A stretch of DNA of 63,787 bases, counting the filler, from Craspedostauros australis (lineage: Eukaryota): the NCBI GenBank assembly GCA_030167865.1. It is 8 parts of 8 records of this genome, joined end to end, with 100 filler letters (N's around TTAATTAATTAA, not from the genome) between each part and the next. Parts side by side here need not be neighbours in the genome. Positions count along the whole stretch, not along the records: positions 1 to 28,157 come from JALAGF010001593.1; 7 more parts are not named here. One strand, given 5' to 3'. Both the position numbers and the translations under genes were made by a program. Positions 1 to 10,142 of the stretch are shown piece after piece; the stretch's first letter is position 1, and every line of letters starts with the position of its first letter. The notes beneath the pieces were generated by a model. It was given only the letters and a program-made list of their open reading frames with translations, was not told the DNA's origin and made no database searches.

Positions 1-115
1 ACAATTTTCGAAGGGAACCAACTTCCGGAAGAAATTGTCGCAGCAAATAAACCACGAATAAACAAATTGAAGACAAACAACAGACAGCAAAAACTACTAG
101 TGAAACAACGAACGA

Positions 116-2844
116 ATGACGACGAAGAGGATTGGCAAGATGACGCGTCCGACCGGCCAAATGCCGATGGAAGCGTACGTCCGAGGAGGCATCAATAGCA
201 ACAAGACAAACACGAGAGGACAAGGAGAGATGGAAGGACAGGCAGGGACAAACACAAAGAAAAACGGGGAAGAATTGAGACAGGAAGATGGAAAACAAGG
301 AAGAGGCACCCGCAACGTAGAGTGCGCCGCAGGCAAGTACTGCAAGGGACGAGGGCAAGCAGCAGCAGCGGTGCGATGCATCGTATGCGGAATACCAGCC
401 CACCGAGAATGCAGAGCTTGGATCAAACCTGAGGAAGGCCTGGTAACACCAAGAGGCTTCCCTGTGGTATGCACACAATGCATTGAGAACAATGAAATCA
501 CTGTGCAAGAAGAAGACACAGGGCGAAAGTCCGTCGGGGCAGCATCGGAGACGATCAGGCAAGCACTGGGCAAGAAGTGGGGGAAGATGAAGGAACTCAA
601 GAAGAAGGATGACAACGACGACAAGGACAAAGGCAAGACAGATGGAATGACGAAAGATACACCAGACCAAGGAAAGGACAAGGGCGGCAACGATGGAGAC
701 AAAGCAGGGACAGACGAGCAGGAGAGCAGTGACGAAGAGCAGGAGTGGACAGATACATGGGAGGACGGCGGAATCGGGGGAACCATGATAGTGACGACGG
801 CATTGGAGAGAAACGATCAAAGCGGAAGCAAGAAGCGGACAGAGAGGAGTCCAAAACACGCGCTGGCAGCAGAGCAGCCCACCAAACGCAAGGACCTACG
901 AGAAGCAGGGCAAGACACCGACGACGCCAACGCAGCGACAGACGAGGCGAACGAAACGGCAGTAACCAAGACAACGGCAACACAACGCACATTAAGCGAA
1001 AGCGAAAAGAGGAACAAGGCGCGAGCAATGGACTGCGACGAAGAAACACAAGCAGGCAGCAACGAAAGCGGAATTGGAATGAACCGAACTCAAGGCGGCG
1101 AAGCCATCGAGACGCGCTATTGCGACGTACAGATGATGATCGAAGGCGGGAACGGGGCCAATGATGCAGGAACGGCAATTGACGCGGCAATCGCATCGTG
1201 CAAAGAGTTCCTGCGATCAATCCAACGAGTGAACGCAACGGCAAAACTGCTACCGTGGAATCCGTACGAAGATCAAACAATCGTGCATGCAATGGAATCA
1301 TTTCCGACGGACATGACCAATCTGAAGAGATTCTTCAAAGGGGTGCGACCAATCTACAAAGTGGCAAAGGAGAAAGGATACCTGAAAGAAAAGATTGAGG
1401 CAAAAGGGCTGATCAACAAGATCACAGGAGAGCTGACGGATTACTTCCAGCACATCGGCGGAAGATTTGAAGTAGCGAAGATCCAAGCACCATCCACGAC
1501 AACATTGGGCTGGCTCCTGTACTCTACCCGGCAAATCGACGCGGACGCATTGGAAGCAAAGCTGACAAAGCTGGCGAAGACACAAGTGGCGATCACCTGG
1601 AAAAGGATTGCAGACGGCAAGAAGTACGACCCCAACAGGGACACGAAAAAGGACCCGAGGGCGCTACACGTCGAATCAAGCACTGACGACAGAGCATTGG
1701 TGGCCAAAGTATTGGAAGTCTACTACAGCACGAAATCCAAGAAGTTCCCTCTTGGGGTGAGGATGAGAATCATCACGCCATTGTTGGGAATCGTCAACAC
1801 GGACATGAGGAAAGGGTGGTTTGAACTGCGGGAGCGGCAAATGGAATGGTGCCTGCATGCAGTGGCAATGACAACCTATGACATCATACCAGAATGTCTG
1901 CAGGAGATACCGGACGGCACCAATCTGACGCTTAGAGAAATGGTGATGAAGATCAAGTCGACGACGGGCAACGTCAAGACGCCCCTCTTCACATCGATTG
2001 ACAAACAGTGGAGAGGCAACGGGTACGTGCTACAGTTTCACCCTGAGAAGACGGCGGAAGCAAGGATGGTGGTGAAAGGGCTGCTGGTAAAACTCACAGC
2101 CGACTATGGCAAGGAAGTGGAAAGGCTTTTCACGTCCATGGCCAGAGTCGAAGCCAAGACGATGAAATGGGACGCAACAACGAAGAGGGTGATATCCGAG
2201 AAAGACAAAGAAGTGGAGGCAGCAATGGCAGTGGATGAGGACATGCATTTCCAGACAACCGAAGGAGAAGAGGATGGCGATGAAGAGCAAGAAGCGGAAA
2301 GAGGGATCACTGTGAGGCAAGAGAAGGACTATGGAGACGAAGATACTATACCCTCCATGCGGGATACACGGGCATGGCGACAGGTCCGTGAGAAACGCAG
2401 TGCAAAACGAAAAGCAGCACAGCAAGCAAGAGAAGAAGAAGGGTCAACAACATCGACCATTACGGGGGCAAGCCGGAGTACGTCAGGCACGCAGAGAGAC
2501 AAGATGGCCGCGTTGCAAGAGCAGATGGGGAAATATTGGAGGCACAGGCGCAAGGGTCGGTGATGTCAACACTGCCAGGAAGTACAGGACGGACAACAGG
2601 AACGACAAGAGCAATGATGGCTGCAATGCAGCAGCAAATGGAAGAGCTCAAGCAATTGGTGGTGACAACCAAGGAGGAGAATGAAGCACTTAAAGCGGCA
2701 GGAAAGTCGCGCGCAACCGGAACGGAAGTAAGACCACCAACGGTCCAGTGCATAACACAAACCATCGGAACGGGTGACGACCAGGAAGAGGCGCACGAAG
2801 AGCAAAGAGCTGGGGAACCGAGAGGGGACCCGGTGAATGGTTAG
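116..2844 (+). CDS. LINE ORF1 protein with N-terminal PHD-type Zn finger, acidic linker, central globular domain and C-terminal coiled coil; interrupted by a -1 frameshift near 2530
   Basis: ORF 116-2563 continues in the -1 frame (ORF 2536-2844). Cys4-His-Cys3 pattern at 323-481. The MAALQEQM / MAAMQQQM repeat spans the frameshift. Confidence 0.8.
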
Positions 2845-5800
2845 ACAGGAAGGGCAAGAGCAACAGCCGGTGGCAGCACGGCGGCAGACTCTGAGCCCAC
2901 AACAAGCGCCCGCGGATCGGGAGGTTATACCGCAACAGACCGACCGCGGAAGACGAAGGGAGACGAACGAGGGTGGACGGACGAACAGGGTGAGGAGGAG
3001 AATGCTAAGGAAGCAAGAAGGACAGCTGCGGATAGGAGTGCAGAACTTTGGAAGGCTGGGAAGACGACCGGGAGCAGTGGATGAAGGACTGAAGAGGTGG
3101 ATGAATGAAGGGGAGTTCGACGTGTTTGGGATTACCGAGGTGAATGTGGATTGGAGGACGACATCGGCGGAGCATACTCTGAAAGGCCAAACGCAAGAAT
3201 GGTGGCCAACAGGGACGACGGTTGCAAAAACAGCAAACAACCGAACGAGCGAGGCGACAGAAAGCAAGCAGTGGGGAGGAGTGGCGATGATCAGCAGATT
3301 TCAGGCTGCAATCAGAATCATGGGCCAAGGAGAAGATCCGACCAAGCTGGGGCGGTGGGTATGGCAAAGATACCGAGGGGCGAACCAACAGACACTTCGA
3401 GTTGTAGTGGCATATCGGCCATGTCGGCCAAGAAGCAAGGGGTTCCTCAACACGCATGCACAACATCGGCGATACTTCAACGAGAAAAGGAAGGATAGAG
3501 AACCACGAACAGCGATGATAGAAGATCTGCAGAGAGCGATCCGGGCATGGAGAACGGAAGGGGACCATATCATCGTGGCAATGGATTGCAACGAAGATAC
3601 GGACTCAACAACGATGCGCGAATTCAGAGAGAACACAGGACTCAACAACACCATGGAGTGGGCAGACAAGGAAGTCAGCAGGCTACCGACACACCGACTG
3701 GGCAAAGTACCCATAGACGGAATATTCGCAACAGCAGGAGTACGGATTGAAGGAGCAGGCATGAGCGATTGGGACGAAGGCATACAGCTAAGACAGGCGG
3801 ATCACCAATGTCTGTGGATCAATATCAGCATGGTGGCAGTGCTTGGGCAATCGATGCCAGCACTCCGTAAGGCAGTGACGAGAAGAGTGAAGACGGAAGA
3901 TCCAAGAATCGTGGAAAAATTCAACGAGGCATACGCGACTTATCTGCGACAGCACAAAGCAAGATCGAGAGCATTCAGGTTGGAGAAAGAAGCAAAGGAA
4001 ACTTGGACAGCGGGGATGGAGAAGGAAGCGGAAGCACTCGACAGGATAAGAGTAGAAGGAATTTGGAAAGCCGACGAGAAATGCCGCAGACGACGGATGG
4101 GAGGCATTCCGTATTCCAGAGAATACAAAAGAATCGAGGCACGCATCGGATTGTGGAATAATGTGGTGAGGAAAAGGAAGGGAGCCAATATCTCCTCGAC
4201 GATGATGACAAGACTGGCGAAACGGGCGGGAGAAGCAAGGAGAGTGAAGGAACTCATGAGATGTGGCAGCGACGAAGTGGACAAGGAACAAGCGGAGGCA
4301 TATATGGAGCTGAAGCAGTTTCGAGGGCGAGCGACGAATGCACGGGAGAACTGGCTGGAGGGTCTGGCGGAAGCCAGAGGACTCGAGGAAGTCAGAAAGC
4401 GGGCAGAACAGAAAACGAACGACGTCGGCGGCGCACAAGAAATGAGCGCGGGAGAGGCAACGGCACAACAATTACTCCAGCTGCGGAAGAAGGAAAGAGT
4501 ACGGGCAACATATCGGAGAATACGCTTGGCCGCGGGCGACAACGCAACGGCAGGGATATCGATGGTGATTGCGCCCGACAGCAATGGGCAGTGGGTCGAG
4601 AGAACAGGCAAAGAGGAGATCGAGCGAGGGTGCATGGAGGAAAATAAGCGAAGGTTTCGGCAGACAGAAGAAACACCATTCATGCATGGGCAGCTTGCGC
4701 AGGAATTCGGATACCTCGGAGTAACCAACGCAGCCGAGAAAACGCTCAACGGGACGTACGAGCCAAGGCAATGGGTCGACGAAGGTGCCAAGAAACTTCT
4801 GGCAGGGTTGCGATCAGTCGCAAGCAGAAGCATACCGGCAGGAATGACGACAGAAGAATTCCAACAAGGATGGAGGAAAGCCAAGGAGGACACATCAGCA
4901 GGACCATCAAGGCTACACTTCGGTCACTTCAAGGCCATCGCATATCACCGAGGGAACTCGGAATTTGAAGCAAGTATGACATCGGTGGCGATGGTGAGCG
5001 GCTACTCATACCAAAGGTGGAGGAAAGGCACGGATGTGGAACTGATGAAGAAGGCGAACAGTTTCCGAGTCGATAAGCTCAGAACCATTGTCCTCTTCGA
5101 GGCTGACTTCAACTTTGCGAACAAAGCGATCGGAAGAAAGGCAGCCCACCAAGCAGAACAACAAGACGGGTTCGCGGAGGAACAGTACGGCAGCAGGAAG
5201 CGGCATCGGGCGATAGACCATGCGCTGAATAAGCAACTCACAATGGATTGGGCAAGGCAAACACGAATACCAACGGTGTTATGCACCAACAACCTGAAGA
5301 GCTGTTTCGATCGGATCGTACACACGGTGGCGTCGATGGGATTGCAACGACAGGGAATCGCACAGTCGGAAGTGGTGTGCATGTTCAGCACGCTCCAACA
5401 GCTTGAGCACTACATCAGAACCGCATACGGAGAGTCCAGACTGACGTATGGCGGTAAAAGGTGGGTGGTGCCAATGCAAGGCATTTACCAAGGGAATGGA
5501 GCGGGCCCTGTAATATGGGCGGTTATCTCCTCACCAGTGCTGGATATTATGAAACGAGAAGGGCACACAGCCCACTTCCGAACCGCGGTGAGCAATGAGG
5601 ACGTTGAAATGGTGGGCTATGCATTTGTGGACGACACAGATCTAGTTGTGAATGCACGAGATGGAGAAGACGTGCAGCAAACCATACAACGAATGCAAAA
5701 GAGCGTGCAATCATGGGAGAGCTTAGCAAGGGCGACAGGCGGGGCATTGGTCGTGGAGAAATGCATGTGGCGGGCCGTCGATTTCAAGTGGAATGCGGAC

Positions 5801-8599
5801 GGCACATGGCGATATGCCACTGACGAGGAGACGCCAGCTGCGTTGATGATGAAGGAGACGACAGGGATACCACAAGAGATGCCAAGAAGCGGGTGCCATC
5901 AGGCGTTCGAAACGCTGGGAGTGAAGCTCGCACCGGATGGTAATGACTCGGCGATCGAGACAACGCTACGGAGAAAAGCGGAGCAGTGGGTTGAGAGAGT
6001 ACGAACGTGGCGCATGCGGCAGGAGGATGCTGAAATTGCGGTGCGAACAGTGCTAATGAAGAAGCTGGAGTATGTGCTACCGGTGGCCCAATTGTCAAGA
6101 GAGCAATGCAACGGCATTATGAAACCGGTGTGGAAGACTATGATGTCGAAAGTGGGCTTCAATAAGGGGTTTCCAAGAGAAATGGCGTATGCAACAGCGG
6201 GGTGGCTAGGAGCGGACCTGCATGAGCTACACACAACACAAGTGGTGGAACACCTGAAGATGGTCCTCGAGCACGGCGAGAGGATGACCATGACGGGCAA
6301 GCTGATGCGAGGGAGCATACAAGCAATGAAGACGGAAGTGGGAGTGGGGACATCCTTATTTGAAATCGAATACAAGGAGTGGGAGTTCTTGGCGACAGCA
6401 TGTTGGGTCAAGACCGTGTGGAAGGAAGCCAGCGAATGTGGCATCCGGATCCGGGAGAAGACAGCAACGGCAGCACTTGCACACGACAACGATGAATGGC
6501 TCATGGTAGCATTTCGCGGTGCAGGCTACAGCAGGATACAACAAATCCGTCTGAACCGATGCCGAATTATCATGCAAGTGGTAAGTGTGGCAGATGTGAT
6601 TGATGAGCGCCGTCAAAGAGTGGTGGCCAGGCAACAGTACAGCGATGAAGGCAAATGGCGAGGACGGAGGCACATCAGCTGGCCACGACAAGGCAAGGTG
6701 CCGCGCAAGGACTGGAAGTTGTGGGACCAAGCACTACGACGAGTGGCGACAGCTGCACAGCAAGGGACGATGTGGGATATCACAAACGTCGGCGCAATAC
6801 GCAGTGATGATGGAAGGATGATATGGGCACGAGAGAATACGCACGAATGGCGAAGATGGAACGCACATGGTGGCAACGCCTCAGGCGTGGCAGAATACGT
6901 GCGATCGGAAGAAGTGACAAAAGAGCCGCCAGACGACTGGAGGGTCGTCTACCTGAGGGAGCGGTCAGAACGACTGCGAGTGGTGGGCACAGGTGGCCGA
7001 GCAGGACGCCAAGGAGTACAACGTAACATGCGGATGCGACAGTCAGAACAACGGTGGCTGGAGGCAGTGCTCCAAGGCCAGGCGGTCATCAGTACTGATG
7101 GATCGTACAAAAATGGGCGGAGCACTGCGGCATACTCTCTCAATATCAAGGGGCAGCGGCGAGGCCAGGTGTCGGCGGCAGGTGCAGTCCCAGGGAGAGA
7201 AGATGTGCAGAGCGCGTACAGAGCCGAGATAGGCGGCATCCTCCAAGCGCTACGGAAGGTGGAGACAATCATAGACGCGTACGGGGCTGGTCAAGAGGTG
7301 AAAGGCAAGGAGATCATCGTCGCGTGCGACAACAAAATGGCCGGGATCCACGCTGTGGAATACACCTGGGATGTGGGCGTGTCGGTTCAACACTTTGATG
7401 TGCTCCGCGAAATCAGAAGTATACAGCGGAGGCTGACAGTGCAGCTGACGTACAGACATGTCTACGGCCACCAGCTTGAGCGAGACCGAGGCGTGAGGCA
7501 GGATGAATATGCGGTGTGGAATGACGACGTCAACAAAGCCGCCGGAGCAGCCCAATCTGCGACAGCGGTGTATGAGGACGAAGAAATGTGCCACCAGGAA
7601 TGGGCGATATGGATCGGTAAGAGAAAGGTGTGTACGGATGTGGCGCCGACGTTACGAAGATACATTCAAGGGCGACGGACGATCCACTGGCAACGCAAAG
7701 TAGGCAGGCTCCAAAAGGCAGAAGCAGGAAAGGTCGACGTTCGTGCGGCTCGGCTGGCAATGGCAACCCTGAAGCCGTCGAGGCGGAAGTGGGTGGCGAA
7801 ACACGCGTGTAGCTTTGGGCCGGTCGGGCGCAACATGCGCAAGTGGAAGTTTTGGAGCAATGACAAATGCCCCATCTGCAACGATCAAGAGGAGACGACG
7901 GACCATGTGTTGCAATGCGCACACCCACTGGCGGTAGCGGTGCGGCTCGAAGCTTTGAAGCAGTGGGAAACTCAGATGATGGCGGCGAGAGGCGATGGAA
8001 TGATGGTGAGAGAGCTAGTGCGGCAGGTGCGCGCATGGAGCGAGGGGAAGACAGTCTCTGTCGACGGCGGCCCATGGTTGAGGAAGGCAGTCGAGGAACA
8101 AGCGGAGATGGGTTGGGGCATGCTAGTGCGAGGAAGGTGGTCAGCAAAGTGGCGGAAGATCCAGGAGTCCACTATGCTGGTAAACGATAGCCCTGGACGA
8201 CCGGCGAACTGGATTGCGAAAGCTATGGCAGGACTCTGGGATGTCAGGTGGAAGGCATGGACGGCACGCAACAAAGTGCTGCATGAAAGCGCAGTTGAGG
8301 TCGAGGCTGCCAAAATCTCCTGGGAAGCGGAGCAGGCGGTACAGGACGAGTGGCGCAAAGGCACACAGGACATTAACGGCGACGACGCCAGGCTGCTGAC
8401 TCATACTACAGAGGTAGCGATTAGGGCGCAGTCTGCGCAGAACCAGATGCGGTGGGTCCGGCATGTCAGGGCAGCTCGGCTGGCAGGAGTACAGCGACGA
8501 ACCAGAAGTCCGCTTGGACGGCGGCAAAAACGGAAGACGCGTGCGGCGAGACAGCGTACAGCAGGCAGGCAGGTACGGCAGCGGTGTCTTCCACCATGA
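2837..8599 (+). CDS. LINE ORF2 polyprotein: AP endonuclease, reverse transcriptase, RNase H, CCHC zinc knuckle
   Basis: APE: GVQNF, GITEVN, VAYRP, MDCN, IDGIF, ADH. RT: EQYGSRK, KSCFDRI, QGIYQGNG, YAFVDDTDL, TLGV. RNase H: STDGSY, YRAEIGG, ACDN, HVYGH. Zn knuckle CPICNDQEETTDHVLQC at 7868-7918. Confidence 0.95.
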   Translation: MVRQEGQEQQPVAARRQTLSPQQAPADREVIPQQTDRGRRRETNEGGRTNRVRRRMLRKQEGQLRIGVQNFGRLGRRPGAVDEGLKRWMNEGEFDVFGITEVNVDWRTTSAEHTLKGQTQEWWPTGTTVAKTANNRTSEATESKQWGGVAMISRFQAAIRIMGQGEDPTKLGRWVWQRYRGANQQTLRVVVAYRPCRPRSKGFLNTHAQHRRYFNEKRKDREPRTAMIEDLQRAIRAWRTEGDHIIVAMDCNEDTDSTTMREFRENTGLNNTMEWADKEVSRLPTHRLGKVPIDGIFATAGVRIEGAGMSDWDEGIQLRQADHQCLWINISMVAVLGQSMPALRKAVTRRVKTEDPRIVEKFNEAYATYLRQHKARSRAFRLEKEAKETWTAGMEKEAEALDRIRVEGIWKADEKCRRRRMGGIPYSREYKRIEARIGLWNNVVRKRKGANISSTMMTRLAKRAGEARRVKELMRCGSDEVDKEQAEAYMELKQFRGRATNARENWLEGLAEARGLEEVRKRAEQKTNDVGGAQEMSAGEATAQQLLQLRKKERVRATYRRIRLAAGDNATAGISMVIAPDSNGQWVERTGKEEIERGCMEENKRRFRQTEETPFMHGQLAQEFGYLGVTNAAEKTLNGTYEPRQWVDEGAKKLLAGLRSVASRSIPAGMTTEEFQQGWRKAKEDTSAGPSRLHFGHFKAIAYHRGNSEFEASMTSVAMVSGYSYQRWRKGTDVELMKKANSFRVDKLRTIVLFEADFNFANKAIGRKAAHQAEQQDGFAEEQYGSRKRHRAIDHALNKQLTMDWARQTRIPTVLCTNNLKSCFDRIVHTVASMGLQRQGIAQSEVVCMFSTLQQLEHYIRTAYGESRLTYGGKRWVVPMQGIYQGNGAGPVIWAVISSPVLDIMKREGHTAHFRTAVSNEDVEMVGYAFVDDTDLVVNARDGEDVQQTIQRMQKSVQSWESLARATGGALVVEKCMWRAVDFKWNADGTWRYATDEETPAALMMKETTGIPQEMPRSGCHQAFETLGVKLAPDGNDSAIETTLRRKAEQWVERVRTWRMRQEDAEIAVRTVLMKKLEYVLPVAQLSREQCNGIMKPVWKTMMSKVGFNKGFPREMAYATAGWLGADLHELHTTQVVEHLKMVLEHGERMTMTGKLMRGSIQAMKTEVGVGTSLFEIEYKEWEFLATACWVKTVWKEASECGIRIREKTATAALAHDNDEWLMVAFRGAGYSRIQQIRLNRCRIIMQVVSVADVIDERRQRVVARQQYSDEGKWRGRRHISWPRQGKVPRKDWKLWDQALRRVATAAQQGTMWDITNVGAIRSDDGRMIWARENTHEWRRWNAHGGNASGVAEYVRSEEVTKEPPDDWRVVYLRERSERLRVVGTGGRAGRQGVQRNMRMRQSEQRWLEAVLQGQAVISTDGSYKNGRSTAAYSLNIKGQRRGQVSAAGAVPGREDVQSAYRAEIGGILQALRKVETIIDAYGAGQEVKGKEIIVACDNKMAGIHAVEYTWDVGVSVQHFDVLREIRSIQRRLTVQLTYRHVYGHQLERDRGVRQDEYAVWNDDVNKAAGAAQSATAVYEDEEMCHQEWAIWIGKRKVCTDVAPTLRRYIQGRRTIHWQRKVGRLQKAEAGKVDVRAARLAMATLKPSRRKWVAKHACSFGPVGRNMRKWKFWSNDKCPICNDQEETTDHVLQCAHPLAVAVRLEALKQWETQMMAARGDGMMVRELVRQVRAWSEGKTVSVDGGPWLRKAVEEQAEMGWGMLVRGRWSAKWRKIQESTMLVNDSPGRPANWIAKAMAGLWDVRWKAWTARNKVLHESAVEVEAAKISWEAEQAVQDEWRKGTQDINGDDARLLTHTTEVAIRAQSAQNQMRWVRHVRAARLAGVQRRTRSPLGRRQKRKTRAARQRTAGRQVRQRCLPP

Positions 8600-8807
8600 C
8601 AGAAAAAGAATGTGAAGTGCACGACGACTACAGTTGCGTGCCCAGTGCGGTATGTTTGATGGCCCGTGGAATTGGCAACCCGCGGTAGACCAAGGAGTGA
8701 GAGATCTAGGTAGGTCGTTCGAGCGCGGTCGGCCCGTGTGGGCTCGCTGTACGCCGGCGACGTTAAAGCTTTCGAGGCAACCCTCGTGTGAGGGGATAAT
8801 CAGTGCG

Positions 8808-8824
8808 TTATTATTATTATTATT
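8808..8824 (+). repeat. (TTA)n 3' tail of the LINE
   Basis: ttattattattattatt lies about 210 nt after the ORF2 stop; base composition changes after it. Confidence 0.85.
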
Positions 8825-8996
8825 CTATTAGATATCGCCCATGAGATACTATAACATTGGTACCATGGTTGCATCCGACCCTCATTTCATTGCACAACAC
8901 AACACATCGCAACACATCTCCAGCGTAGGCATCGCAGAGTAGCAGCCGAAGTCTTGACCTTCTCTGTTCAGTGTGACTTTTCACCATTGCTGCGGA

Positions 8997-10142
8997 ATGC
9001 TGATGTCGTGGGGCAGCATGAATTTGTTGGAATCAGCTTCGGCCAGATCGATAGTGCCTCCCATCAGCGCCCATCATTGGACTGCGAGCCGTGGTTTGCG
9101 AATAGTCCTACAGTGTCTATTGGTTTGGTTGCTACTGGGCTCTGTATCAACCTTTCGGTTCCCTTCCATCCATTGCCGTCAAGCAAAGAAACTTGTCCGA
9201 CGACAAACGCAACGATCTATGCCAAACAATTCCGACTGGAACGAACCACAATGGACCGCAGCAGATGACATGCGAGTATCCCAACAGGACGAGCATCAAC
9301 ATGCGCAACGGCTGGTCGTGCTCATCCCAGCATACAACGAGGCCGAACGCATCGCTGGGACCTTGCTGACGTACTGCGAGTATCTGGCATCGCACAACAC
9401 CAGCGCAGCGCCGCCATGGGGCATGGCGACTTCCATCGTCGTTGTAGATGATGGATCCAAGGACGGCACATGCGACGTTGTCCATGACTTCTGTTCTCTG
9501 CAATCGGCAATCCCAATCGAATGCATTTCGTTGCCGACCAACCAAGGCAAGGGTGCTGCAATATCATTTGGGATTCAACACATTTCGAACTCGTTGCAGC
9601 AGCAGCAGCAAACTCAGCAGTCCTATTCGTACAACTGCGACGACACCAACGATGATCCGTTCCTGTTAATCGTGGACGCTGATGGCAGCGCGGACCTCCG
9701 GTACTTTCCTGAATTCGCGAAGGCCATGGAATTGCACAGCGGATCCGATGCCATGATCATTGGTAACCGTGCCTACCAACTGCTCTCGCGTCGCGGCATC
9801 ACGCGCTGGGGCTTCCAAACAGCAGTGCAGCTCATCTTGCTGGGTACGGCCCTGCCTGTCTCCGATACGCAATGCGGATACAAATTCCTGAGAGTGTCAG
9901 TGGCGCAACGGTTGTACGATGATCTGTACTTGCGACGGTGGTCGCATGACGTGGAGGTGCTGTATCGCACTGCGCTGTACGGGATTCCGTGTCGGACGGT
10001 GGATATTGAATGGGAGGACAAGGCAGGATCGAAAGTGGAGGAAGCAGGCGTTGTGCAAGTGAGTCTGCAAATGCTGTGGGATATTATCCGCCTGCGATGG
10101 GTGTACTTTTTGCTCGCGCTGCAACCCAGCAAGCAAAGGTGA
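8997..10142 (+). CDS. Glycosyltransferase family 2, dolichyl-phosphate beta-glucosyltransferase (ALG5-like)
   Basis: VLIPAYNEAERI, VVDDGSKDGT, NQGKGAAI, VDADGS, DTQCGYK, RWSHDVEVL and WEDKAGSKV match ALG5-family motifs. Start codon uncertain; first in-frame ATG used. Confidence 0.85.
   Translation: MLMSWGSMNLLESASARSIVPPISAHHWTASRGLRIVLQCLLVWLLLGSVSTFRFPSIHCRQAKKLVRRQTQRSMPNNSDWNEPQWTAADDMRVSQQDEHQHAQRLVVLIPAYNEAERIAGTLLTYCEYLASHNTSAAPPWGMATSIVVVDDGSKDGTCDVVHDFCSLQSAIPIECISLPTNQGKGAAISFGIQHISNSLQQQQQTQQSYSYNCDDTNDDPFLLIVDADGSADLRYFPEFAKAMELHSGSDAMIIGNRAYQLLSRRGITRWGFQTAVQLILLGTALPVSDTQCGYKFLRVSVAQRLYDDLYLRRWSHDVEVLYRTALYGIPCRTVDIEWEDKAGSKVEEAGVVQVSLQMLWDIIRLRWVYFLLALQPSKQR

Larger units (their letters stand above)
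1..8824 (+). mobile_element. Non-LTR retrotransposon (LINE), Ambal-like architecture; 5' end lies at or beyond the window edge
   Basis: Two long intronless, purine-rich ORFs. ORF2 has APE + RT + RNase H + CCHC motifs. A ~210-nt 3' UTR ends in (TTA)5TT at 8808-8824. The clade assignment is inferred from domain order and likely host. Confidence 0.93.
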
